From: Macrostomum lignano
Lineage: Eukaryota
Assembly (NCBI GenBank): GCA_002269645.1
Contig: NIVC01002753.1
Location: 1 to 64,000, forward strand
Direction: 5' to 3'
Length of the DNA stretch: 64,000 bases
The notes under the pieces were generated by a model. The model saw only the letters and a program-made list of their open reading frames with translations. It was not told the origin of the DNA and did no database searches. A program made the position numbers and the translations under genes. This document shows, in pieces, positions 25,676 to 37,609 of this stretch (position 1 is its first letter; every line of letters begins with the position of its first letter).

Positions 25676-26583
25676 GTTGCTGTTGTTGAGACGGGGTGCC
25701 TAGCAGTGCTGGGGCGTGGATGAGCCCGGAAGAGGATTTGTCGTTGGGGTGGGGGGGGCCTGGGTGGACTCGGTCCTAGCACCGTCCCTGATTCCACTAT
25801 GGGTTGGCGGTGTCTTAGTCCATAGACATTGAGCTGGTAGCCCCAATTAGGTTTCGCTACCAGGCAATGAGTCCTGGTCCCAATCGTGGCCTCTCGGGCT
25901 TCGGCCCCTGGCAGTATGGCCCACTTCAATATCTTAGCGGCAGAGCCCTTCCCTGGGCTGATCCGCGGGGCCCCTAGGCTACCCACCCTCAACAACAACA
26001 AGAGGATTGCTGGAAGCAGAGTGGGTCCACCAGGGGTTACTAGACCCGGGCCACTACCTGAGAAATTGGAATCCTCCTTTTCGTAGCACAAGGAAGAGAG
26101 CCTAAGCCATAATAGGCAAGATTGGGCTCCATCAAGGGCGAAAATTTTTGGGGGTCTTTACTGCGAAGCTCAGTTCTTAGTCTTAGTTTGTTGTTCAAGT
26201 CCGGCCTCCTCAGAGAACATCATCCACTGACGCAAAATACCCTTTGGACAGGGTCGCTGTAGGCAGCCGAAAGAGATCGATTGCACCACCGGGCGGTGCC
26301 GCAGACAGGTGTAATAGCCTGTCGCCAAGGCCGCCGAAAGCATTTCCACAGCCTAGGATCCCCGAATTCCTGGCGGGTTCCACTGGCAGGGTACCAGCTT
26401 CTGAGGCACAAGCCTTCTAGGTGGTCCATTTACCAGCTCTCAACTCAAGTAGGTTCACCTAGCGCAATGGTAGCTCAAAGCCGCTAACCAGCAATGCAAG
26501 ATCACCAGTCAGAAGCCCCATGCTGCACCACAACCCTCCGGGCTTAGTACGCCAACTCTGGCAATCTCAAAAAGACCGTCTTT
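25676..26583 (-). mobile_element. 908-bp non-coding retroposon-like insertion with (CAA)n-type 3' tail
   Basis: 13-bp direct repeat AATGTAGGTAGTT at 25663-25675 and 26584-26596; minus-strand end CTCAACAACAGCAAC; GC-richer than host intron. Confidence 0.75.
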
Positions 26584-26765
26584 AATGTAGGTAGTTACGA
26601 CAGCCTAAAAAATAACTCGTCTAACTAACAAGCTTTCAAAGCAATGAAAATATTATAGTTGATAGCAAGTCAACTTTACATGTTTTCCTTTTGATATTTT
26701 GTTTTAAGCTCTGTAGTTCCTTTTCGATTACTAAAATTTTAATTGTGGAAAAATATCGTTTAAAG

Positions 26766-26829
26766 GACACCTGCTTGATCACGCAAACCGGAAAATCTCG
26801 ACTGTCAAACAACTGGGTCTTTCTAGACT
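26766..26829 (+). CDS. DGKZ: DGK exon 17
   Basis: SRLSNNWVFLD matches KLSPKWCFLD; supplies the phase needed for exon 18. Confidence 0.9.
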
Positions 26830-26917
26830 GTAAGTAAACACTGTTTAAAATTTGTCAGTTTTTATGAATAGCTAATATTAAAACAAGCGTGATTAATCTG
26901 TGCACTGTGTCCCACAG

Positions 26918-27155
26918 CCACCACAGCTGAACGATTCTTCCGAATTGACAAGCAGCAAGAGTCGTTGCACTTCATCACGGACATCAGCTCGGAAGATCTG
27001 TACGTTCTGGACCCGGAGCTGATCACTGGCAGCTCTGACGAACGACTGTTCCCAGTTGAGCGGGTGCACAGCGAGGAAACTCTGCCAAAGATGCTAGTCC
27101 ATAGCCCGGATATTGAGGTTGCAGCCAGTCCCGATCCCGACTATCGCTGCTCCAG
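26918..27155 (+). CDS. DGKZ: DGK exon 18
   Basis: STTAERFFRIDKQQESLHFITDISSEDLYVLDPEL; CAG/GTAAGT. Confidence 0.94.
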
Positions 27156-27198
27156 GTAAGTAAGCCTTGGTTAATTAATTCCTGGTTTTGTTAATATT

Positions 27199-28000
27199 TA
27201 GTAAGAAAATAAACGTCAACACAAACATAAAAAGTAAACCTTGTTTAATTCTAGCCAACGCGTTTCGTCAAACACTAGACGTCGTCAGGGCAAATTCACT
27301 CAACCTAAGATCATACCACCAATATATTTAAGCAAAAATCACTGTACAATCCAGAGGCGGGTCAAATCAGTCCGGTAGAATTAAGAAAGTGCCAAGTACA
27401 CAACAAAGTGAGAGAGAAAAAAAAAATAAATAGGCACGGCTCTGCTCACAGTACTCTTAGCTCACGCTCCACCCCATTGCCAGCAAGCTGCACATTCAGG
27501 TTGGGTTTGTGCATTCTGATATACGAAGCTTCGATAATCTTAAGCTTATGGTCAAATTTGCACCCATCCAGCACTTTAAAGAGCTGAATCGGTTCACCAT
27601 CACAGCATTTTTTACAAACAAGCAGATGGTCATTAATCGCAGAGCTTTTTAGCCAATGTTCCCTAGCTCTAGTGTGCAGGTGTCGCTTCGTTTTTCCAAT
27701 ATAGGAAACGCTCTGATCCTCAGAGCAGCGAAATTGGTAAACAACACCAGCCCTTAGAGCAAGTGGAACAGCTGACTTGAGCCTGCTAGCATAGCGACCG
27801 ATCTTTTCGGTGCGAAACACAATCCTAACGGTGCACTTAAGCCATTTGCTAAACGTTTTCTCAAGTTTTTTCCTGAAGTCAAGCGAAGCGTTGCCAAAAA
27901 AAGGGAGAACCAACAGAGCGTCCCAAGAATCTATCTCCGGTTGCCTGGGTCTCGCATCGCTGGAAAATTTCAGCGCTGGAAAAAGATAGATTCTGGAAAA
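27199..28000 (-). mobile_element. 5'-truncated Penelope-like retroelement (linker, GIY-YIG endonuclease, 3' pLTR region)
   Basis: ORF VVYQFRC..YIGKTKRHLHTRAREH..SAINDH..EASYI..PNLN; frame remains open across the 153-bp spacer. Confidence 0.9.
27254..27291 (-). ncRNA. Minimal type I hammerhead ribozyme motif (PLE type), intact core
   Basis: Minus strand GCC CUGACGA C GUC UAGUGUUU GAC GAAAC GC GUU GGC: CUGANGA and GAAA core, 3-bp stems I and II, palindromic ACGCGU stem III, GUU cleavage triplet. Confidence 0.75.
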
Positions 28001-28649
28001 AAATGGCTTAAGTGCACCGTTAGGATTGTGTTTCGCACCGAAAAGATCGGTCGCTATGCTAGCAGGCTCAAGTCAGCTGTTCCACTTGCTCTAAGGGCTG
28101 GTGTTGTTTACCAATTTCGCTGCTCTGAGGATCAGAGCGTTTCCTATATTGGAAAAACGAAGCGACACCTGCACACTAGAGCTAGGGAACATTGGCTAAA
28201 AAGCTCTGCGATTAATGACCATCTGCTTGTTTGTAAAAAATGCTGTGATGGTGAACCGATTCAGCTCTTTAAAGTGCTGGATGGGTGCAAATTTGACCAT
28301 AAGCTTAAGATTATCGAAGCTTCGTATATCAGAATGCACAAACCCAACCTGAATGTGCAGCTTGCTGGCAATGGGGTGGAGCGTGAGCTAAGAGTACTGT
28401 GAGCAGAGCCGTGCCTATTTATTTTTTTTTTCTCTCTCACTTTGTTGTGTACTTGGCACTTTCTTAATTCTACCGGACTGATTTGACCCGCCTCTGGATT
28501 GTACAGTGATTTTTGCTTAAATATATTGGTGGTATGATCTTAGGTTGAGTGAATTTGCCCTGACGACGTCTTGTGTTTGACGGGGCGCGTTGGCTAGAAT
28601 TAAACAAGGTTTACTTTTTATGTTTGTGTTGACGTTTATTTTCTTACTA
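28001..28649 (+). mobile_element. Inverted 649-bp duplicate of the Penelope-like 3' end
   Basis: Reverse complement of 27199-27847 except at 4 nt; identical GIY-YIG peptide. Confidence 0.92.
28557..28594 (+). ncRNA. Hammerhead motif copy with disrupted core (GAAAC to GGGGC)
   Basis: gccctgacgacgtcttgtgtttgacggggcgcgttggc; invariant A13, A14, A15.1 replaced by G at 28583-28585. Confidence 0.7.
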
Positions 28650-29930
28650 TTTGTTCGACGAGCGACACTTCCACAATTGATAATATTTATACTAGGAGTA
28701 AAGTGCTACTATTCTTTAAGCAGTTCTAATGCATGCTTGATAAATTTGTTTAAATTGCGCGAGTGAAACAGTTTACTATTGAAAGTAAACTTGCATGTTT
28801 ATTAACTTATAGCATGGTTTTTCGATAGAAAAAGTACATGTATTGAATCTTATCGGCTTTTGAAATTAGTCTGCATAAATTTATCCTATTTTAACCTTTT
28901 CTGCATGCGACAAGTGTATAGCTTGTCGTACTTTACCTAATATAAATATTTCTAAATATATACTACTTAACATTCGAAGGCTATTTAATTTTTTCGCTAA
29001 TAAATTTAATGCACTAGCACTATATTAATCATCATCTTTTCTAATCAGGTTATTGTATTAATTTAAATTTTGTGCGTTCTATATATTTACTTACACAACG
29101 ACACGTTGTTGCACTTATTGCGTTTAAAACGGATTTTCCGCGGAAATTCCGCGGTTTTTCCTTGTCTTAAATCACCTATACGAATATGTACAAATATATG
29201 TAGGCCATCAGCCAGAAAGGGCAGCGAGGCGGTTGCCAATCCGCCCCCTTCGGCTGGCTTGCGTCTTCGCTTGCGTCGAGCCACCGCCATTTCGGACAAT
29301 TTTCTGGCCAAAACAACCGAACAGCAAGAGAAGCCGGCTTATTCGAGGTTGGGAAAGAAAGGGTTGCTCGTGAGATAGAGGCTTGCTAGTGTTGGAGAGT
29401 GAATGTATCGATTGTGTTATGTGTCATAACCTCACTTTTCTGTCTATTTATGCCGCCATGTGAACTCTGGTATAGCAAGTAATGAAGTTCCAGTATCTAA
29501 AATGATAAATTATTAAGATTCGAAAAGTCTAATTATTGTAATGACTATTTGGGAATGACTCTCAAGGTCACTTTGAATGAAAGCACGCCACTGCCTCGTG
29601 GAATTATCTCAGATGTCCGCACAACACCAAGCAGTGAAGTGATTTCAATGTGACCTTGATAGAATTTCCAGCATTTAGAAACCGACGGAAAAACATTTCA
29701 ATGTCACCTGAGTTCACATGTCAGAATCAGAATAATGTCACTGTTTTGCCTAGTTGGTTGTGTCATCTGACTTTTTTATTCATTTTGTTTTGATTAATTG
29801 ATAATTAGTCAAAGCGCTTGCTGTTATTGTGACGTTAAATTTTACGTGTCCGTACATGTACTTGTAACTTGTGACGTACTTTTCGATTTGTCGCTGCATA
29901 GTTTAGATAGTTTAGCGCATGCGTACGCTG

Positions 29931-30290
29931 GGGGGCCGTAGCCCAGCGGTAGCGCAGCTGCTCTGGTGTGCCAGCGACCCAGGCTCGATTCCAAGTGCAG
30001 CCACATTAATTTGGGGCTGAATTAGAATTTCGGCTTGGCTCGCTTGTGCAATTAACGCCATTGAGAGCCAACCCCCCAAGGCGCAGTGAAGTGTACATGC
30101 CTAACGATAATATAAAGTTAGGGCCGCTGTACACTCCTGTGTGAGTGTGTGCCTGCGTAACGTATCCGCGCGCTTGTATGCCTGCTCAGGGGAGTCGGCG
30201 GAATGGGCAGTAATGCCTCTCGCCGGTTGTGTGCCAATGACGCTTAAATTGCGCCAGGGTGCACACAACCCCCCTGCCTCTAATAAAAAA
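29931..30290 (+). mobile_element. tRNA-derived SINE family A, full-length copy
   Basis: A box TAGCCCAGCGG, B box GGCTCGATTCC, A-rich end; homologous to three other copies in the window. Confidence 0.85.
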
Positions 30291-30844
30291 GGCCAATTTA
30301 AACAGATAAGGAAATTAAAGTTCTGGGACTATAAAACCGAGCAAATGTACATTCATCTAAGAGCAGTTGTTGGTTCTCATCAACTTAAGGAATAAGGGCG
30401 AGGGTTTTTATTACCCCCAATGTACATTACATGCTTGTATATTGGAGATTAATTGCAAGATAAAAACAAGTGTACAACGTATCTTGGGTTGTTGGTAAGA
30501 CATAATAATTAGGCTTAATGCGATATATTTTAAGTTTTAGTGGGTGTTTAATTTTACAAATGAAATTAATTAAACTTGTGCATCAAAAGTTATTGGATGG
30601 CTTAAAGTGTACATTAATGCAATCTACATAAGAGCATTTTATTTTACCAAAATACATGTACGTTAAGGACTTGAATCACAGACCATTCTAATAGATTGAA
30701 GTACGAACGCGAAAATGAAGAAAAACGCAATTTAATTTTCCTGACAAACGCTACAATTGATACTATAGCTATTGATAAATAGGAGCGCTAAATGCACACT
30801 TGTCACGTGATCCAAACGAATTTTTTTGTCTTATCACTGTTTAT

Positions 30845-31253
30845 CAGTGGCGGCGCAGGGGGGGGGGGGGCGGGGGGGGCGGGCTGCCCCTGGGTGACCA
30901 CCCCTCACCACCCTCAGGGGGTGACCACCCCCAGGGGGTGACCACCCACTTAAAAAAAATTGGTACTTTCGTCTTTACCATATTTTTTCAAAAGTGTGGT
31001 CACCCCATGGGGCATGGGGGTGGTCACCTGAGACCTCAGGGGGTGGTCACCCGGTAGGGCCTGTAGGCTGTAAGGGTGGTCACCCTTTGAGGGCGAACCG
31101 CGAACTGGGCCTGGGCGATAACGAATCCTAACGATTTTGGAAAGCTTTTTCTTTTTTTTTTGATAATTTTTTCTGGGGGTGACCACCCAGCCGGGGGGGT
31201 GACCACCCAACCACCGCCCCCCCCCCCCAGCTGGAGGTCCTGCGCCGCCACTG
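30845..31253. mobile_element. hAT-type MITE
   Basis: Perfect 15-bp TIR CAGTGGCGGCGCAGG/CCTGCGCCGCCACTG; 8-bp TSD CTGTTTAT on both sides; subterminal GGGTGACCACCC repeats in both orientations. Confidence 0.92.
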
Positions 31254-31699
31254 CTGTTTATTATTGTACTTACAGTCCTGCTTGTAAACTTCACAGCTCG
31301 TCGTGTATAATGTCACAAATGCAAAGAGCACCATTCACTAGCATATTTGTCTTATATGTTCTCTGTTTGGAAACTATTTTTGTTGCAGATCTTAATTTAT
31401 ATAGTCTAGAAATCAATTAAATAAATCTAATGGCTAATGTTTGTTTGTTTGCGTTCTAAGTCTAGGGAAAATACTTTTTGGCGTTATTAGATATTCCTGA
31501 GTGGGACCATCGACAAAGTGTTGCGCTGTTACGCAGTCTCAAGTACCACAAAATGCATAGCTACTCACAAACGTCCCATATACTCCTGTGTCTAGTAATT
31601 TAGATAAACCTGTTTCAACTAATCATTGGTATAAATTATCAAAATTATAGTTATTCTTGCTTGCTGTTTTGAGGATTTTTCATCAGACCATCCACCTCG

Positions 31700-32260
31700 T
31701 TCCGCGTCCTTGGGAAACCCCAGTTTATTGGCTAATTAAAATTTTCCATCTTTCAATTATCCGCCTGACTCCGCGTCCTTGGGGAAACCCCAGTTTATTG
31801 GCTAATAGATTTTAAATCCATCCATCCCCCTCACCCCGCGTCCTTGGGGAAACCCCAGTTTATTGGCTAATAGATTTTAAATCCATCCATCCCCCTCACC
31901 CCGCGTCCTTGGGGAAACCCCAGTTTATTGGCTAATAGATTTTAAATCCATCCATCCCCCTCACCCTGCGTCCTTGGGGAAACCCCAGTTTATTGGCTAA
32001 TAGATTTTAAATCCATCCATCCCCCTCACCCTGCGTCCTTGGGGAAACCCCAGTTTATTGGCTAATAGATTTTAAATCCATCCATCCCCTCACCCTGCGT
32101 CCTTGGGGAAACCCCAGTTTATTGGCTAATAGATTTTAAATCCATCCATCCCCCTCACCCTGCGTCCTTGGGGAAACCCGAGTTTATTGGCTAAAAGATT
32201 TTCGATCCTCCAACTATCAGCCTCACTCCACGTCCTTGGGGAAACCCCAGTTTATTGGCT
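31700..32260. repeat. 65-bp tandem repeat containing GGGGAAACCCC
   Basis: tattggctaa recurs at 31861 and 31926. Confidence 0.92.
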
Positions 32261-32380
32261 AAAGTATTTAGCCGTTCTATCCACAATGCTCCGCTTCAAA
32301 AGCCCCGGTTGCTTAGCTACAGAACTTTTTCCCTTCCATTCCATGCAACTCTACCCAATCAACTTCCGCCATAATCACAG

Positions 32381-32643
32381 CTCGGAGCCCGGCTCGCCAG
32401 ACTCTGACAACGCCGCGGCCGTCGGTCCCCCAGTCGGCCAGCTAGTGCGCAGGCGCAACAGTTTCCTATCGGCTATGAATAAAAATCTTATCGAAGCTTG
32501 CAAACGCGGCTCGCTAGACAAAATGCGATCGCTCAGAGACGAGGGCGCGGATCTGTGCGCCGCCGATGGAGCCGGCATGACCTGTCTGCATCATGCGACT
32601 CGCTTCGGCTACAAGGACATTGTTGCCTATCTCATAGAGAATG
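32381..32643 (+). CDS. DGKZ: DGK exon 19 (ankyrin repeats)
   Basis: LIEACKRG..GMTCLHHATRFGYKDIVAYLIEN. Confidence 0.93.
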
Positions 32644-32738
32644 GTGAGAGATCTTATTTTTTTATAAACTTGACATTTTATATACACCTTTCTACTTATA
32701 TTAGGAGTAAACGAGACAAAATTACCTAATAAATTCAG

Positions 32739-32939
32739 GCCCGCCGCAGCTATTAGACATGATCGACACAGAGAAAGGTCAAACTGCCCTACACAAGGCT
32801 AGCTGGTATCAGCGAAGGCAGATCTGTCATCTGTTGGTGCAGGCGGGAGCCAGTCTGACCATTACAGATTTCTCCGGCCTGACGCCGAGACAGCAGGCGC
32901 AGCGGGCTGAGGACAGCGAGCTGGCACTGTGGCTTGAGA
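32739..32939 (+). CDS. DGKZ: DGK exon 20 (ankyrin repeats)
   Basis: GQTALHKAS..ICHLLVQAGASL..TPRQQAQRAEDSELALWLE; GTGAGT donor. Confidence 0.95.
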
Positions 32940-33018
32940 GTGAGTCAATAATGACCCCCATCGTGAGCAAGTCGGAAGGGTCCTACCTGTTCAATTCTAA
33001 ATGCCATAATGTGATATT

Positions 33019-33487
33019 CTCTATGGCCTGCTACCCCAACCCCCATTCTTATTATCTATGGCCTGCTACCCCACTCCCCATTCTTATTATCTATGGCCTG
33101 CTACCCCACTCCCCATTCTTATTATCTATGGCCTGCTACCCCACCCCCATTCTTATTATCTATGGCCTGCTACTCCACTCCCCATTCTTATTATCTATGG
33201 CCTGCTACCCCACTCCCCATTCTTATTATCTATGGCCTGCTACCCCACTCCCCATTCTTATTATCTATGGCCTGCTACCCCACTCACTATTCTAATTATC
33301 CATGGCCTGCTACCCCACCCCATTCTTATTATCTATGGCCTGCTACCCTACCCCCATTCTTATTATCTATGGCCTGCTACCCCAACCCCCCAATCTTATT
33401 ATCTATGGCCTGCTACCCCACTCCCCATTCTTATTATCTATAACCTGCTACCCCACTCCCCATTCTTATTATCTAAGGCCTGCTACC
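33019..33487. repeat. 35-bp minisatellite (gcctgctaccccactccccattcttattatctatg)
   Basis: Direct inspection; fills the last DGK intron. Confidence 0.93.
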
Positions 33488-33545
33488 CTTGCCAAAATGG
33501 TGCTATTTCTAGGAAAAGCAACAAAAACCATTTTTCGTATTGCAG

Positions 33546-33598
33546 CTCAGGAGCACATGCAGCTGGTCAAGAAGGAGAACCAGGAGACTGAAGTCTGA
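33546..33598 (+). CDS. DGKZ: DGK exon 21, terminal (class I PDZ ligand ETEV)
   Basis: QEHMQLVKKENQETEV* matches DGKZ QHYQMIQREDQETAV*. Confidence 0.93.
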
Positions 33599-33944
33599 TT
33601 TGCTAGTACATTTAATCGTTGTTTATTGATCGGCTTTTTTCTACCCATTTGAGTCCTTCGTGTCCTTGACGTCATAGCACTGACACTCTGGTATTACTGG
33701 CCGATACAAAAATCAAATCTTTTGAGATTTTCGGCTCAATAATATTCTAGGATATCATATAATTTTTTTCATTTTTATTCGAGCATTATTGTTTTATTTA
33801 GCATTGCACTATTTGCTGTGTTTGAGTTGCTTCCTCGGTTTCGGGAAATTCTTATTACTCTCAGATAGAACCATATTTTATAGAGGTGAAGCTAAAATTC
33901 TGAGAGTAACTCTTACAATTGCTAATTAGACGTACAATTTGCCG

Positions 33945-34700
33945 TTGCTAAGCGGAATTCCCCGTTGCTAAGTGGAATTCCCCGTTGCTAAGCAGAAATC
34001 CACGTTGCTAAGTGGGATTCCCCGTTGCTAAGTGGAATTCCCCGTTGCTAAGCAGAACTCCCCGTTGCTAAGTGGAATTCGCCCTGTTGCTAAGTTAAAT
34101 TCCCCGTTGCTAAGCAGAACTCCCTGTTGCTAAGCCAAACTCGCCGTTACTAAGTAGACTTCTCCGTTACTAAGCCAAACCCTCATTGCCGAGCAGAACC
34201 GCCGTTACTAAGCCGAACTCCTCGTTGCTAAGCCAGACTACCGTTGCTAAGCCAAACTCCCGTTGCTAAGTAGAATTATCCCTTGCTAAGCCGAATCCCC
34301 CGTTACTAAGCTGAACTCCCCGTTACTAAGCCGAACCTTCCGTTGCTAAGCAGAACCCCCGTTGCTGAGCAGGACCCCCGTTGCTAGGTGGAACTCTCAG
34401 TTGCTAAGCAGAACCCCCGTTGCTAAGCCAAACTACCGTTGCTAAGCCAAACTCTCCGTTGCTAAATAGAATTCTCCGTTGCTAAATAGAATTCTCCGTT
34501 GCTAAGTAGAATTCTCCGTTGCTAAGTAGACTTCTCCGTTACTAAGCCGAACTCCCCGTTGCTAAGCCGAACTCCCCGTTGCTAAGCCAAACTCCCCGTT
34601 GCTAAGCCAAACTCCCCGTTGCTAAGCAGAAATTTCTATTGATTAACTAGTAGTCGTTGTTGCTAAGTGAAAATCCCGTTGCTAAACGAAGCTCCCAGTT
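33945..34700. repeat. 20-21-bp degenerate minisatellite (ccccgttgctaag...)
   Basis: Direct inspection. Confidence 0.9.
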
Positions 34701-35204
34701 GCGAAGCGCACTGGACTGATTGAAGGCCAGTTGTCATATCTGCTTGTTCCATTTCCTACATTTTTCTTTGACTTTTGCCAGATTCTGATTGTATTGTTAC
34801 TAAATCTTTATCTGTAAATTATTTCGTGTGTTTTTTTAGCTTTGTTGTCAGCTGTTTCTGAACTAAGTCGTTTTCTGAACTAGCTACTTAGCTTAGTAAC
34901 CATGGACGAAAATTGTCGTAGTGAAGTGAAAATAATTATTTTGCTTTTATTTTAACAATACTTTGCTTGTATTATTATGTTTTTAAAAGAAATCATTGCG
35001 CGTGTAAGACTAGTTTCGTGTGCCACCCAATCACTGCAACTTTTTTAATGCACTGGTTTTAATGGATTTGCAGTTCTCAGCAGGATAAGGTATACTTATA
35101 GTTGTGAAAAAGCGTTTACATGTATCATGTTTCTTACCGCGCGGTTTTGCATTTATATTCTTTAACTACTGGACTTTATCAGGTCATACTTCTCTGAAAG
35201 TTCA

Positions 35205-35925
35205 CGGCTCGCTCGAGCCCTTGCAGTAGTCAGGGGTCGCTTGCTATCGTTCTAGAAGTTTAGGGGTCGCTTGACCTCCCCCTCAGAAGTTCAAGGGTCG
35301 CTTGACCCCCCCCCTTAGTAGTTCAGGGGTCGCTTGACCTCCCCCTCAGTAGTTCAAGGGTCGCTTGACCTCCCACTCAGTAGTTAAGGGGTCGCTTGAC
35401 CTCCCACTCAGTAGTTCAGGGGTCGCTTGACCTCCCACTCAGTAGTTAAGGGGTCGCTTGACCTCCCACTCAGTAGTTCAAGGGTCGCTTGACCTCCCAC
35501 TCAGTAGTTCAGGGTCGCTTGACCTCCCACTCAGTAGTTCAAGGGTCGCTTGACCTCCCACTCAGTAGTTCAGGGGTCGCTTGACCTCCCCCTCAGTAGT
35601 TCAAGGGTCGCTTGACCTCCCACTCAGTAGTTCAAGGGTCGCTCGCTTGACCTCCCCCTTAGTCAGTAGTTAAGGGGTCGCTTGACCTCCCCCTTAGTAG
35701 TTCAGGGTCGCTTGACCTCCCACTCAGTAGTTCAGGGGTCGCTTGACCTCCCACTCAGTAGTTCAAGGGTCGCTTGACCTCCCCTCAGTAGTTCAAGGGT
35801 CGCTTGAGTAGTTCAGGGGTCGCTTGACCTCCCCCCTTAGTAGTTCAGGGGTCGCTTGTCCCCCTCTTAGTAGTTCAGGGGTCACAACCTCCCCAATAGT
35901 ACAAGGGTCACTTGACCTCTCCCCT
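35205..35925. repeat. About 31-bp minisatellite (gggtcgcttgacctcccactcagtagttcaa)
   Basis: Direct inspection. Confidence 0.92.
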
Positions 35926-36723
35926 TCCGAGTAAATTTGAATTATTGTGTGTAACTTTACAGGGTCAATAATCTAATATGTGCACTTTTATCGTTAGTGC
36001 ACTGGCTCCTCTAGAATTTAAAAGTGCATTATTAGTCTGCACAGATAGTTTAGTAGGGTACCTATTCCGCGTGTGTTAGCATTATTTAGAATTTTTATTG
36101 TGTGCAAATCACTAAATATTATTCCGTGCCATTGTAATGCAAATTGTAAGAGAATTATTTCTAATCATGGCAATATTGTCAGACGTTTTTAAAAACCTAA
36201 ATATTGACATTAATTTGTATTCACTTTGCCCAGTTCCAATTTCTCTTGGCAATTAATTTTTTGTATTTGAAAGGGTTTCTATAAATATTTTACTGCGATA
36301 ATTCTATTTATATCCGATATAAATTTATTGCAATCTTATTCATTTTTAACTCGTGTCTCACACAACTGAGAGAGCAAATATTATTTTGTTATATTTGCGA
36401 TTTTTAAACGGATTTTTATTAATAATAATAATAACTCTATACTACTACTTCAGTGTGTCCGTATATTTTGCGAATATATATGCCTAAATGGTTAATCAGC
36501 TGTCTGTAAGAGCGCGCTGACTGACCTGAGTTGACAGCTGTTGTGTTGCGCGTCTGGTCGCTTATTTTGAGAAACGAATTTAAACAAAATGTTTTCCTTG
36601 TCTCTCTTCATTTTTGTGAGGTTTTTCAGCTTGCAAACTGAATATTGGCGGGGCTGTTTTACGATTTGGAAATGTCAAGCCTCTGAAAGTCACCTCTTCA
36701 TGGCACAGTTTCTGGTGCGGGCG

Positions 36724-37100
36724 CCCCTGGTGCTAAAGCCCATGGTGCTAAAGCCCTTGGTGCTAAAGCCCCTGGTGGTAAAGCCCCTGGTGCTATAGAC
36801 CCTGGTGCTATAGACCCTGGTGCTAAAGCCCCTGGTGCTAAAGCCCCTTGGTGCTAAAGCCCCTGGTGCTAAAGCCCTTTGTGGTAAAGCCTTGGTGCTA
36901 AAGCCCCTGGTGCTAAAGCCCATGGTGCTAAAGCCCCTGGTGCTAAAGCCACTAGTGCTAAAGCCCTGGTGCTAAAGCCCTTGGTGCTAAAGCCCCTGGT
37001 GCTAAAGCCCTGGTGCTAAAGCCCCTGGTGCTAAAGCCCCTGGTGCCCTGGTGCTAAAGCCCTGGTGCTAAACCCTGGTGCTGAAGCCCTGGTTCTAAAG
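36724..37100. repeat. 15-bp minisatellite (ccctggtgctaaagc), locus 1 of 3
   Basis: Direct inspection. Confidence 0.93.
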
Positions 37101-37609
37101 CGACATCTGACAATCAATCAAACGTGTCGTGAGCTCAGCGCACAGAAAAACAAAGAAGTTTGGCAGTAATGAGGGAGGCCCTGTCATATAGTAAAGAATC
37201 AATTACATTTGACTCGGCAGGGTCAAACAAAAAGAGTGCGCCCACCCTACAGTATGTTGTCCAATTCTGTTTAGCTATCAACCAGCTGCTTAGCTCGACT
37301 GCATGGGCGGTGCGATGACACATGCAGCGCGTGGGCGTATTTTTTTTAGTGAGAAACTGCTCTCGCTTTCTTGCGTATAGATAAAATCCCATGCCTTCAG
37401 TGGACATTTCTTCCCTTTAATTGACTGGTTGCACAGCTTGGCCATGTGCGTGGGAGGCTGGCACTTTGGGAGCTCTTTCAACAGCAGTGTCAACTTCATC
37501 CCATTCCTTTGATCCCCTCTTTGTCGCCTCCTTGTCTCAACTATCTTGTCTATCCCGTCTCATCCGTCTGCTCACCCCTCTGCCCAATACTCTGCTACAT
37601 CCTGTCTGT

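Noticed and set aside
29562-29659. Inverted pair TCAAGGTCAC / GTGACCTTGA (possible Helitron-type or MITE remnant)
   Set aside because: Short, imperfect and without TSD or a second copy in the window.
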